A DNA stretch of 60,493 nt, the filler included, from Hausera hauseri (Eukaryota), in the NCBI GenBank assembly GCA_046269625.1. It is 11 parts of 11 records of this genome, joined end to end, with 100 filler letters (N's around TTAATTAATTAA, not from the genome) between each part and the next. Parts side by side here need not be neighbours in the genome. Positions count along the whole stretch, not along the records: positions 4,661 to 13,240 come from JBJURY010593222.1; positions 13,341 to 19,904 come from JBJURY010086545.1; positions 20,005 to 24,130 come from JBJURY010746098.1; 8 more parts are not named here. One strand, written 5' to 3'. Both the position numbers and the translations under genes were made by a program. A model generated the notes under the pieces. It had not been told where the DNA came from, did not search any database, and saw only the letters and a list, made by a program, of their open reading frames with translations. How positions within the stretch are numbered: the first letter of the stretch is position 1; each line of letters begins with the position of its first letter. Shown here one piece after another: positions 12,011 through 24,130 of this stretch.

Positions 12011-13340
12011 AGCCTCTGCTAGGCCTTTGGACAAAAACCTTGAGTAGCTATGTTATTGACTCAAGTAACTACTGAACTAAACATATTACAGCCAGACAAG
12101 ATGACTGGAGTAAGAATACACTCACCTCTAGTCTGGAACAGCCAATTAAAGGTCGTTCGAAGTTCTGTAGAAACGTTTGCCTTTTTATACTATTCTGATC
12201 GTGATTTGACTCGTGATCTTAGCAAATTCTTATCTTAATGTCACCGAAAATGTTATCTATTCAAGGGTTCTTAAACTAGCAACATTTAACGAGTAAGGGA
12301 TAACAACTTTTATGTAACTGAGACCAGTTGTACCTTCATGAATTCTGGGTAATAATGTCTAGTCTTCTATTGGTAATGGAAGAGCCCTGTTCTCTGCTAT
12401 GTAAGTAGTATAGGGCGTTGTTAATAGGTCGCATCTGGGTAGTGGGGCATTATATAAAAGGTATACCCCACTAGCCCCACTAGGTATATAGCGCAAAGAA
12501 GAAAAATCCTGGAGAAGCTGGTGCAAGGCGGGCAGGCACGAGGGGTCACCGACCTCGGGGTCACGGGGTCACCGGGTTGCGTGGTCGGCAAGGGGAATAG
12601 AGTGGTCCGAAGCTGACCTAGTTCCATACGAGTGAGCTTCCGAACCTGTAAGCCTTGGGCTGTAGGAATCAACTAGCTTTCAAAGCGCCCAAGACCGTCC
12701 GACGCTGTAGGAGCTCTGGCGGGTCCCAGCATAGCTAAAAACCAACTGGAGCATGGGAGCGAACCTTTTGGGGAACCTTGGAAGTGCCCGAAACATTCAA
12801 CCTGTGATTGTAAGGTGAAAGAGAAAAACGTCCTCGGTTTAGACTGTAGAAGACATCCCCATATTGGAGCCGTCTCTGGGATTTGGTCGCTTCCACCGTT
12901 GCTTGCTGGCAGACCGCCGGGGAACCACCCTTGCTTGGCACATGGGAGCTGTAAGACTTTAGAAACCATCATCACGAGCAAGCCCTTCTTAGCCTGTATT
13001 TTATCAGCATCATCACGAGCGAGACCTTCTTAGACTGTATTTTATCACCATCATCATAGGCGAAAAAGAGAAAAAACATCAGCATTTCAGAGATCCAGAC
13101 CTGTAGTCGAAAGACAAACAAAAAGAGAGACAGAAAGACAGACAGACAAACAGTCAGGTAGACCGAGAGACAAACAGAAAGCAAGTATAAATTTATAACG
13201 ATTCATGCGAGTACAACATTGGCAAATATGGATCCTAGATNNNNNNNNNNNNNNNNNNNNNNNNNNNNNNNNNNNNNNNNNNNNTTAATTAATTAANNNN
13301 NNNNNNNNNNNNNNNNNNNNNNNNNNNNNNNNNNNNNNNN

Positions 13341-13750
13341 TCGAAAACCAATCAATCGATTTAAATTCTAACTGCACATTCACATGCAACATCAAGTGCA
13401 CTACCGATTGCACCCGGCCCCGAACCCTAATGATCGATTTTTAAAATCTTGGAAATCCAATATTATTGATTTTTGCACACTTGCACATGCGCTGCACACT
13501 TGCACTGTGCACCAATCGATGCGCTTTGATGTGCTCTATCGAATGGCACTTTGTCCCGATCGATTCGTTCAATAATGCATTGTGCAGCGATCGATAAGTG
13601 AAAAGTTCAAAAGTGCCCTTAGCAACGGTGCCTAGCGGCACCGTTGCTAGGCACTTTATGGATCGGTAGTACACAGTGTGCACTATCGATCGGCACACGT
13701 GCAATATCGATTTATCGATTACCCCCGGGGGCTGGGGCAGAACCGCCACA
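13341..13750 (-). mobile_element. TGT-initiated element terminus rich in palindromes, with a hairpin at 13610-13657
   Basis: Begins TGTGGCGG at 13750, exactly where the neighbouring transposase ORF breaks; 8 ATCGAT sites; hairpin tagcaacggtgcc-TAGC-ggcaccgttgcta. Confidence 0.55.
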
Positions 13751-14480
13751 TTCTCCCTACTCTTGTTCTTCATTGACATCTCAAAGGTTCTCGGGAAAAA
13801 TCCAAGTTAGAATGGAGGAAAAGTACTTTCAGATTCATGTTGCATCCTAGCGCATGATATTCTCGCAGTATGATTTCAACATACACTCTGTAATCTTTGT
13901 GTCTCTATTTTTCAAAGAAATTATCAGCAGCACTTTAAAATAAATCCAGACTTTATGCTCAGCAGACTTTATTGTTCTTTCAAATTGATCGTCGAATAAT
14001 AGCTTCCGAATTTTTAGGCCAATAGATACTCCTTCTTTCACCTTTTCCTAGCTTACTTCTGGAAATTTGTTGCAAATGTATTTGAAACAATTCCCGTTTT
14101 GTCTGTTTAAACAGACCCAATTTGATGTGAAGTGGTGGAAGTAAGTCTAGAGTTTAATCAATTAAACTTGTAGGAGCAATGTTTTTAGATCCAGGTTTTA
14201 TGTTTTGTCGAGGTAGTCAATTTATCTTTTCTCAATGTTGATTTCTGGCCTTGTTGTCCCACTCGTACAAGAAGCACGGCATTTTTGTGTAGCCTTTCTG
14301 CTGACCAAGCAGGATAGTGATGACTTTAATGTCTCCACATATCGTTCAATTAATTCTGTATGCATGATCTTGTTCAAAACACATAGGACATTTTTGTACG
14401 TTCTTTTAGACGAGTTGAGCATGCTACTGGAACGGATCCATACTCTTTTCCATTTTGAAGTAAAATGGCTTTTAAACTAG
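13751..14480 (-). mobile_element. Decayed DNA transposase, probably CMC/Chapaev-like
   Basis: LLGQQKGYTKMPCFLYEWD, LLPPLHIKLGL, CFKYICNKFP..KVKEGVSIGLKIRKLL, LGCNMNLKVLFLHSNLD..ENL*DVNEEQ. The transposase call is firm; the superfamily name is less so. Confidence 0.7.
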
Positions 14481-14759
14481 TCTTTGAGGAATCAATAAAC
14501 AATCTTCAGTCTCCAGAATTGTAATCAATTTCAGGGCCTTACAAATGGCACACAAGTTCAGAAGTATTTCAACAGAATATCATGTCATCTACCTTGTCTC
14601 CCCGCTTGGGTAGGGTTGGAAAATCCACACCCTCTGGTATGTCCTCCAAAGCAGAATTTGATCGTTTGTAATTGCTCATTGCAAGGTAGGACCAGTTGTT
14701 GAAAATTTTATTGTGTCTCAAAGTACTCATTTGGAAACAAATTTTCCGACAATTCCAAA

Positions 14760-15199
14760 ATTATATTATACTTTTAATATTACATTTTTAATTTAAATTC
14801 GTAGTCGAATTTTAAAATTTAAAAATTCTTTTAATTTAATTTTAGAATTTCAGTCCTCACATCCCCCTTTTTTAAAAATCTTCGTAGTTTCTCTACGTTT
14901 TTCTCCAAGGTTTGGCCGTCTTCATGTCGTAGTACATATCGTCTGTCGTGTACTTTCTTAATGATCGTGTATGGACCTTCGTGTGTGTCTTTCTCTTTTG
15001 TTCCGGATTCCTTCCGTACCAGCACCTGATCCCATACTTCAAACATCCTTTTTACAGTGGGTCCTTCCTGACCCTTATGTTCCTTCTTTTTTTTCATACC
15101 ATCTTTCTCTATATATCTTTTTGACAAATATTATCTCTGCTGGACTCTTACCTGTCGTCTTCTGGACTGCCGCATTCAACGTAAATTTTATTTCTGGTA
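14760..15199 (-). mobile_element. Gypsy 3' end: integrase C-terminus, polypurine tract and start of 3' LTR
   Basis: FTLNAAVQKTTGKSPAE and GPY module (VLVR..HEGPYTIIKKV..NVEKLRRF); PPT AAAAAAGGGGGA (14873-14862) is followed immediately by TGT at 14861. Confidence 0.85.
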
Positions 15200-15430
15200 A
15201 GTAGAGGGATGTGACGTCACGAGGTCAATATAAATTTCCTATCGCGACTCCCCCCCGCGAGAAAAAATATATGTGCTTTGCGGATGAGTCATGGGATAGA
15301 AAAACGATACACATATACACGATTGATAGGGCAAATATAGGAGACAAACTGTCACGTTTATGTGTATGATAATGAAGTGTACTGCATGGTTTGTAGGAGG
15401 ACTTGAAATTTTGAATTTCGCGTCAAAATT
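15200..15430 (+). repeat. Polinton/adintovirus-like terminal repeat, copy 1 (other copies at about 57535-57745 minus and 60356-60493 plus)
   Basis: Shared core ggatgagtcatgggatagaaaaa..atacacat(a)tacacgatt; the outer ends read AGTAG, AGTAGTAG and AATAGTAG. Two copies lie just downstream of pPolB. Confidence 0.7.
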
Positions 15431-15571
15431 TTTTTGTTTAAATTTTGGTAAATTGCTTTTGTTTAAATTGTGGTATATAGCTACTAAAAGCCCAACAAAC
15501 AAAAACAACATAAGACATAATGTAAAATATTTATTAATATAACAGTTACAACACCATCAAATATTTACATT

Positions 15572-16772
15572 TTAAATACAATAATGGCCATATACAACAC
15601 TTTTGTTCTTTTTTATCCACTAGCGTTTATCATCAAACGGATCCAGCGCATTCTTTTGGTACTGATGTTCATTAATTGATGGTTCTTGATCCAAATCCGT
15701 TCTTGATCAACAATTGTCCCGCATTCATTTTGTATGCCTGTATGCAGTTGATGAATTGTTGGTCTGTCTGTTTCAGGTTGATGCCCTTGCATTTAAGGAC
15801 CGGTTTGCTTTTGGTTTTAAGAGCATACAATTTCGGTCGTACGAAAATTGCTTCTTGATATTAAACACTACCCTTACTCTTGTCTTTAACTTTTCCTATA
15901 ACAGACGTCAAACTGGCAGAATAAAGAGGGTCTATAGCGTCATAGTTAGAAGTGTCCAACTGTTCATTGGCTATCATTGCTGGTAAGAGTTGAGACCGCA
16001 GATCAACTGCACGACATTGAAGGAAAAAGCAGTCCATATCACCAGTAACAATATTTAACTTGCAATTAAACTGGTGCCTATAAGTCCCCAACTCGATGTC
16101 ATTCATCTTATACATCCGCAACTTAGAAAGATCAAGTATAGCCCGACCAATGTATGAGAGTCTATCTAAGGTGACCATGTCTTTATCGAGGAGAACAGAA
16201 ACCAAAACATCGGCTATTATAATACTCTCTTTAAACCGGGCCTTACTGGCTTATAAAACTAACTTTTTACCGTTAATACACAGTCTCAAGTTTGACCTTT
16301 TCAATAGGTTTTCAACTGTTTTGCTATACAAGCTATTATTCTTAAGCTTAAAGAAGTCTTTTTCAAAAGGGTTATTCACTGCAGCCCTCTTTGCAGTATT
16401 TATATCTATGTAATCCTTAAAGATATATTCCCGGTCACACTCAACAGCCCGATGTACCTTTTCAACTATAGCGCCTAACTCGATGTAAAACTGTAAGAGG
16501 TGATAATGAACAACATAGTTGGACTTACGCTCATGCGCCAGCAGCAATTTTTTTACTTTTAAACCAGGAGGACATTGGTTGATTGGGGCCAGAGTCAGTT
16601 GGTCCAACTTATCATGTTTATCTGCCGGAGGGCTTAAGTCGATTTCAAAAGCTAAACCTTGTTTTTCTCTAACACAGTCTATCGTATATGTATTTATCGT
16701 AGACGATTGTGTATGGTTTGACCTGAATGGGGTAACATGACTCCTTTTAGAAGTTGGAAGATTAGCATACAT
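15572..16772 (-). pseudogene. Protein-primed family B DNA polymerase (Polinton/adintovirus), C-terminal half, frameshifted
   Basis: FEKDFFKLKNNSLYSKTVEN (KxxxNSxYG), YIGRAILDLSKLRMY, GDMDCFF (degenerate DTDS), GKVKD, ALDPFDDKR. Confidence 0.9.
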
Positions 16773-17338
16773 TGGACAACTGAGATCTCATTTTTCAACG
16801 AAGTAAGGCCAAATCTCCAAATGATGAGCATCAACGCGTGACAAAAGAACAGCGCCGGTCCTTTTAGCGTTCTTGGTCATTTGATTAAAATATGAATAGC
16901 TAAAATTTCAGTCCCATCCACAGTGGAGTAAACAAATGAGATTATTTATCCGTAGCAGATAACGATATGGTTCGTTTTTCTCTGTTTCAGAAAAAAACAT
17001 GCAAAATACTAATCACATTTGTCATTTTCGCGGCCATAACAGTAAAAATACACAATTTCAAATTACTATGTAGCTTCATAAATATAACAAGTTCTTTGAT
17101 AAAGTATAGAATGAAGCAGCACCGATTGATATATTTCCAAAAAATGTCAGTCTAATACAAAGTATAAAAACGCGTTTTTTGAATATGAAAACAACAACAA
17201 AAATTTAAAAAAAGGTCGGGTGAATAAGACTATCATTCACTAACCCCCACGACTCCGTTATTTTGATGTGGTACGCCGTTTTTGAAGAATTGTGAAAATG
17301 TGATATTTGCCTAATTGAGAAATTTTCTTTTTTTAGAA

Positions 17339-17496
17339 TGTACAAATTTATTTGACACTAATATGGACTGTTCGGCTGCCAAACAAACACGGGCCAAAAG
17401 GTAAAAGGCAGGACAAAAACCGCGCCGGCCTAGCTGTACCAAACGGTGACTCTATTGCCAAAAATGGAGGGCCATGTCCTAGACCGTGGCACTACA
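17339..17496 (-). repeat. TG...CA-bounded GC-rich block: a short 3' LTR of the adjacent Gypsy, or a TGT-type terminus
   Basis: GGGGATGA then TGTAGTGCCACGG at 17496; AATAAA followed by TTTGTACA near 17339. Confidence 0.45.
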
Positions 17497-19904
17497 TCAT
17501 CCCCAGTAGCAGAAAAGAAACTGTAAAGCAAAACAGAGAGAGGTAAAATGCAAAAAAATGCTTTGTGCCTATTGGGTTTTGGTTTGTATGGGGCGTTGTA
17601 TTCCGTCTACGGATTTTTCCCTGCTATAGGTACTAAATGTCACTCTGCATGCCTTATTTGATTGATTTATGCTTGGCTGTTGAACGATAGTTTGTGATAT
17701 ACGTTTTGTAAGGTATTCTGATTCAATGTGCTGTGTTGCTTGTGGTGAAGACGTTGAAGATGGTGAAGAGAATAAATCAAGCATGAGAGGTGAAGAAACT
17801 GAAGGCGATGAAGATGATGAAAAAGGGGGAAGAGGGGCAGGCAAAGAAAACGGAATAAGCGATGTAGGTACAATAAGCAATGCGGAAGATGCGGATTACT
17901 TAGTGTGAGAGAAAAGTGGTTGCTGCAACGGAGCGAAGTCGTGGATAAAGTTTGAGGAAGGAATGGAAGGAGTGGGAGTTGAGTTAGAGTTGGAAGTAGA
18001 ATCGGCATCCGGATTGTCATCAACGAAGAAAGCGGGCTTAAGATTCAAAATGTGGACGTTGTAGGGTTTGTATTGGCGTAAGATTGTAGCTGTATGAGAT
18101 AAGAGGTAAAGCAGTTTGTATGGGCCAACATACTGAAGTCAAAAACCCGAAGGTAATTGATCCTTCAGCCATACAAACTTGGCTGAGTATAAATCCTTCG
18201 GAATGTACAATTTGTTATTGTTAAATAGGCGGCAGAACGAGTCTGAGCTGACCTCAACAAAATGAGACTGTGCCGCACGAAGGTTTTCGTCTGTCGGATT
18301 GTCGTCGAGGTCGGAAAGTTCGAACAGAGCCAGAATTGGAGTCCCAAAAAGTTCCTTGGCTGGAGCACAACCCGTGGTGGTGGAATGAGTGTTGCGCCAC
18401 CCGAGTAGAACAAATGGTAAGATGGACGTTTAATTGCGATGATTGTCTACCAAGATTTTTAAAGAAATTTTCATAGTTCGATGGAACCTTTCAAGAAGGC
18501 CATTTGATTGTGGATGGTACGGTGTTGTATTGAAATGTGATACCCCAAGCGTTTAACAAGCGATTTAAAGAGTTCAGATTCGAACTGCGGACTTTGTTCC
18601 GTGGGGATCCAAAACAACTGATCCAGATTTTAACGAAGACATTTGCTACTGAATCAGTGTTTGTTGAACGGAGAGGAACGGTTTCAGGCCCGCGAGAAGC
18701 ACGATCCATCATAGTGAGAATATGTTGATACCCGTTATCAGAAGGTAAGGGTCCAACGAGATCAAGATGGACGGTATGAAGACGTGATGTACATGGGAAA
18801 TGGTAAAGCGGCGGTTTAAGATGTTTGTTGACTTTGTATTATTGACAGGCGACACATTCCTTAACCCAACCCTGTACATCTGTGTGCATTGATAACCAAA
18901 CTACATGACGTTGGAGCAAGCAAAACGTGGCTTTTGAGCCTGGATGATAAAGTGAATTCGTGTGAAGGAAAGCTGGTTTCGGCAAAGAAGGAGCAAGAAT
19001 GATTTTTTATTACCGGTGTTAGATGTATCGTATGCAATGCCATCAATGATTTCGAAGGATTTGAAAGAGCTAAGAATATCAGCAGACGGCTGATTGAGCT
19101 TTAGAATTTCGGTCGAAATATTGGTTCAACCGTAATTGAGCCGGTCGACCGCGACAGGAAATCCGCGACCAAATTCTCAGTACTTGAAATATACTTTATG
19201 ACAAAACTAAATGTAGATAGTACGATATCTGTCGTTCCTGCCTCTGTGATGGCTGTTTTAGTGACATGATGTGCAGCAGAAGCTTGTGATCCGTTTAAAT
19301 GATAAATGGACGAGAGAGGAGGAGATGTTTGAAATGTTTTACTGACAGAACTATGGCTAGTAGCTCACAATCAAATGTTGAATATCGGCTTTCTGGTTGT
19401 GTGAGTTTTCTAGAGTAAAATTCCAAAGGTTTATCGACGCCGTTGGAAATGTGGTGTAGTATTGCACCAGTAGCTGTGATAGAGGCATTGGTGGTAAGTA
19501 TTAGCTCCACGTCGGGTTTTTGACAGGCCAGTATTTCGACGGTTTTTAGGCCTTCACGTAAGTAATCAAATTTGGTGCCTAAATCTGGAGTCCATTGGAT
19601 TAACTGTCTTTTCTTTCCAGATGAGAGGTGTGCGAAAGGCGCTGTAAGCTCAGAGCAATGCGGTACGTATTTATGGACGAAATGTAGTGTGCCAAGAAAA
19701 CTCCTCATATCTGTAGTGGTCGTTGGTAATATTACATTTTTCAATTTCTGTATTCGATCAGGTTGTGGAGAGTGGCCGTGAGGAGTGATGATGCGGCCTA
19801 AGAAATTTACACATTTCTGAAAGAAGCTGCACTTGGAGAAGTTAACTTGTAAGTTGCTATGATGTAGTCTATGAAAAATAATTCGGAGATGTTCATGGTG
19901 TTGT
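17497..19904 (-). mobile_element. Gypsy (CsRn1-like) pol: RT end, RNase H, integrase and S/T/P-rich tail, decayed
   Basis: MRSFLGTLHF, LTTNAS..GAILH..LEFYSRKL..RYSTFDCELLAI, VHLDLVGPLP, MMDRASRGPETVPL, VGPYKLL; homologous to 52880-54700. Confidence 0.9.
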
Positions 19905-20004
19905 NNNNNNNNNNNNNNNNNNNNNNNNNNNNNNNNNNNNNNNNNNNNTTAATTAATTAANNNNNNNNNNNNNNNNNNNNNNNNNNNNNNNNNNNNNNNN
20001 NNNN

Positions 20005-23000
20005 AAGACCGAAACGAGGGAATGGTTTCACTAACCAAAGACACCACGATCCCACCGCGAACCGAGATAGTGGTACACGGAAAAATAGAAAGTCAAGCAT
20101 TACCGAAGGTTATTCATTCTGAACCACTTCCATAAGTTATGGAAAAATATGAAGTCCTAATCGCCCCTCACATAGATAAAGTAAGGGATAGAAAAGTCCA
20201 TTTACGACTTTGTAATACGTCAAACAAGGAAATACGATTACGAAAGGATACTAGACTGGGAAAAGTAACAACTATTGAAGACATAACGAAAGAAAAAATC
20301 TGCTCAACAATTTCAGACGTAGATAAAATAAAAAATAATGACAGAAAACTGAAGAGGAAACCAAATAGAAACAAAGGAAGAAATAAAACCACCGGTATCA
20401 GTTGGGACGAGAGATTACAAAAATGCGAAATCTTAACTAAGGAAGAGAAGAAGATGCTAATCGAATTGCTGGAGAAAAATAACAATCGATTTGCACAAAA
20501 TGATTACGACATGGGTACAATGAAAATAATACAACATACCATTAAGTTAAAGGGTGGACAAGATAAACCAATCAAGAAAAAACCATATCGGTTAGCATAC
20601 GATAAAAAACAGGAAGCACGAAAAATAATAAAAGAAATGAGCGAAAACAAGATAATTCGATCAAGTTGTTCCCCATGGACAGCTCCAGTGGTAATGGTCA
20701 AGAAGAAGGATGGGACCATGAGATTTTATATAGACTATTGAGCATTGAACGAAATAACGGAGATGGATACATACCCGTTACCAAGAATTGACGAAATACT
20801 AGATAAACTACATGGATCAACAATATTTTCAACGACTGATTTACAAAAGGGCTACTGGCAAGTCGAGGTGAAAGAGGAACATAAACCAAAAACGACGTTC
20901 TCGATCGGAGAAGGCTGTGGGAATTTAATAGGATGCCACTTGGACTGAAGAACGGCCCGCCAGCATTCCAGAGAGGAACAGAACCCCTGCTATTAGACGG
21001 CCCGCATTCCATGGTGTATATTGACGACGTAATAATAGCATCACCGAATTTTCGACAACATTTAAGGGATCTACAAGATCTCTTTGATAGATGCGAAATA
21101 ATGGATCTAAAGATAAATCCAAAGAAATGTTCATTTGCCCAAGCGGAAGTAGATTTTCTCGGACATAGAGTAGATAGGCATGGTGTAAAACCCCAGGACA
21201 AGCTTTTAGGAAAATTAAGAGATTTTCCGAAGCCAGGTACCGTTAGGAAGTTACGTCGATTCTTAGGTTTGGCAAACTATTATCGACGGCTTATAAAGGA
21301 TTTTAGTAAAATTGCGAGACCCCTATACGAGCTATTACGCGAAGACCTAGATAAAGTTGTCTGGACGAATGAGTGTCAGAAAACTTTTGAAAATCTAAAA
21401 GACGGACTGTTAACGGCCCCCATATTGATTTATCCTGATATGACCAAACCATTTTTCGTGGCAACAGATGCAAGAAATTACGGAGTAGGAGCTGTATTAT
21501 CACAAAAATGGAAAGATAGAAAGGAACACGCAGTAGCTTATGCTTCACGAAAACTCAATAAACACCAGAAGAAATATGCGGTGATAGAAAAAGAACTATT
21601 AGCAGTAATATTTGCTCTAGAAGTATTTTCGCCGTATATCAGCGAAAATAAACCCCTCTTAATTTATACAGATCACAGACTGCTTCAATGGTTAAAGCAG
21701 CATGAGAATCCGAATAGCAGACTTCTACAATGGGCTCTAAAGTTCCAGCCTTTTGCGTTGAATTTCTAGTATAAACCTGGATCGCGAAACGCAAATGCGG
21801 ATTACCTATCTAGAATACCCAATAATCCAGTAAAAGAAAAAGCAGTCGTTGCAGCCATATGGAGCATAAATGAATCCGTAGAAAAGATGAAGACAAATCA
21901 AAATAAAGACGCTGAAATAATGACCATTCGGAAATACATAAAGGACAAAACCATACCGGCTGATATAGAGTTAGCCAGCCATCTGACCCGATTCGGTGAA
22001 GCTTACGACGAAAGAGAGGGGTTTTTATCATTTATTTATCACAACGGACCTGCCTTGGTAATTCCTAAGAAAAACAGAGCAGATCTATTGACCCAATATC
22101 ATGACGGACTATTCGAAGGACACCAATCAACCAGTAAGACGCTTAATAAAATGAAACAAAAATAGTTTTGGCCGACGATTACGAAAGATGTACAGTAATG
22201 GTGCGACAGTTGTAAATTATGTGCTACCCCGTAAGAACACGGGATCAAAATACAAAGCACCCTCAAAGTTTGGGACAATCCTCCATCACCATTCGAATTT
22301 ACCGCGATGGATATAACAGGACCATTACCCATAACACGGAATGGAAATAGGTATATCTTAGTTTTCATTGACTATTTCACTCGATGGGTTGTTGTCCTAC
22401 CCATGGCTGATATAAAGGCGGATACAATCGCTGCGAAATACGCGGAGAATACAGTGTTTAATTATGGAGCTACGAGGAGCCTATTGACTGATCAAGCATT
22501 AAATCTAACCTCAACCGTAATTCAATCAATAAATGACATTCTAGAAATAATAAAACCCCGATCCACATCTGGACATCCAGAGAATAATGGAATGGTCGAG
22601 GGGTATATCGGAGATTTAAAAGGGAAATTACAAACGGTGTAAACACTAGACAAGATGATTGGGATGAATATATCAATGCATGTGTTTTTGTAAATCGGAC
22701 ATCGGTCCATGAAGCTACTAAAGAGACCCCCTTCTACCTAATGTATTTAAGGGACGCAAGACTACCAATTGACCTAGATTTTAATGTGAAACTAGTTTCG
22801 CACTTAATGGAAGTAGAAGGTTATAAGCAGCTTATGAAGGAACGCCTTCACTTGGCATATAAAACCATAGGAAATAATCAAAAAGATTATAAATTGAAAT
22901 ATAAAAAGTACTACGACAACAAGACCAAACAACCAAAAATTAAGATATGTGACCAAGTAATGTTATACTCACCGGCAATTAAAAAGGGTAAAACGTCTAA

Positions 23001-23150
23001 ATTGGATAGGCCATATAAAGGACTATATGAAGTGGAAAAAGTGGACCTACCGAATATTTGTTTAAAGAAAAATAACACTTTTCTGAAGTCCACGTTAATA
23101 GATGTAAACCCGCTGCCAAGGAAAGTGAGGTAAGAAAAGGCAAAAAAGAG
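20005..23150 (+). mobile_element. Ty3/Gypsy pol (RT-RNase H-integrase), decayed
   Basis: PVVMVKKKDGTMRFYIDY, DLQKGYWQV, VYIDDVII, ATDARNYGVGAVLSQ, YTDHRLLQWL, MDITGPLP..FIDYFTRW, HPENNGMVE, GPY-like YKGLYEV. Confidence 0.95.
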
Positions 23151-23199
23151 TTAGTACGAAACATTAATGAGAAAGTAATCAAAGTAGACTCAACAAATA

Positions 23200-24130
23200 A
23201 ACCTCATCTGTTAATGAAGACCCTACAATATAAAATAACATTCAGAGAAAGATCAAAAAGAGATTATCTGGAGTACGCCAGAACAATTGCCCCCATCATA
23301 TATAATGGGGATACAAGTGATACCTTGGTATGATAACAAGAGAGATCCTAACGAGCGACAGTATAATTGTCTATTCCACCCAGGGGCCAGTCAAACACAG
23401 TGTATAGTACAAGGCTCAGGTGTCCACTACGTATCTTACACTTATTGAGAAGCAGGAAGATTACTATAGAAGACAGAAAACAAAATTCTATAGATCAGTA
23501 GTGACCCCTACTAGACAACAGATGAACAAAACCCTATTAGATGAAATAATACTCAACCAGTTGATAGCAAGACCAATGGGATTTAAAAGCGGGAGAAGTT
23601 GCATTGAGATTATAACGATGATACAATTAGAAGATATTCGCCGATTAACAATCAAGTTAATAATAACAGTAATTCCGGAAATCAGGATTTGCAGAATTAA
23701 AGGTAAACAACGAGTTTGTTGTATGGTTACACGAGGAAAAATATAATATGTATATTATATATTATTTCGAAAGAAAAACAGTAAATTCGTGAACCCCCTA
23801 GAACGAAAAGGACCAACAATGTTTATACGATATAAAAATCAAAAAGAATACGATGATATACGAGAAAAGATCACGACACCGGCTGAGAACTCCTCGGCTG
23901 ATGAAAAGGAGATGACTATTTTAATTAAACCTTATGCTTCTTATTATCGTCAAAAACGTTCCATATGGGATAATGTAACTGTCGTAGCAGCCCCTACCGC
24001 ATTAATTATTTCCGTTAAACCAGATCTTGATTTTGTGAAGGTTAAATTCAGCTGTTGGAAACAAGATACAATAGTAGCAAAAGGAGTCATAAAACCTGAT
24101 GATCTGGTAGTACCATGCGCAGCTTTGGAC
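23200..24130 (+). pseudogene. Decayed extra ORF downstream of integrase, env-like, truncated
   Basis: Coding-like A-rich sequence continues after IN; furin-type YYRQKR|SIW at 23942-23968, an N-glycosylation sequon NVT, a hydrophobic stretch and Cys residues. Confidence 0.4.
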
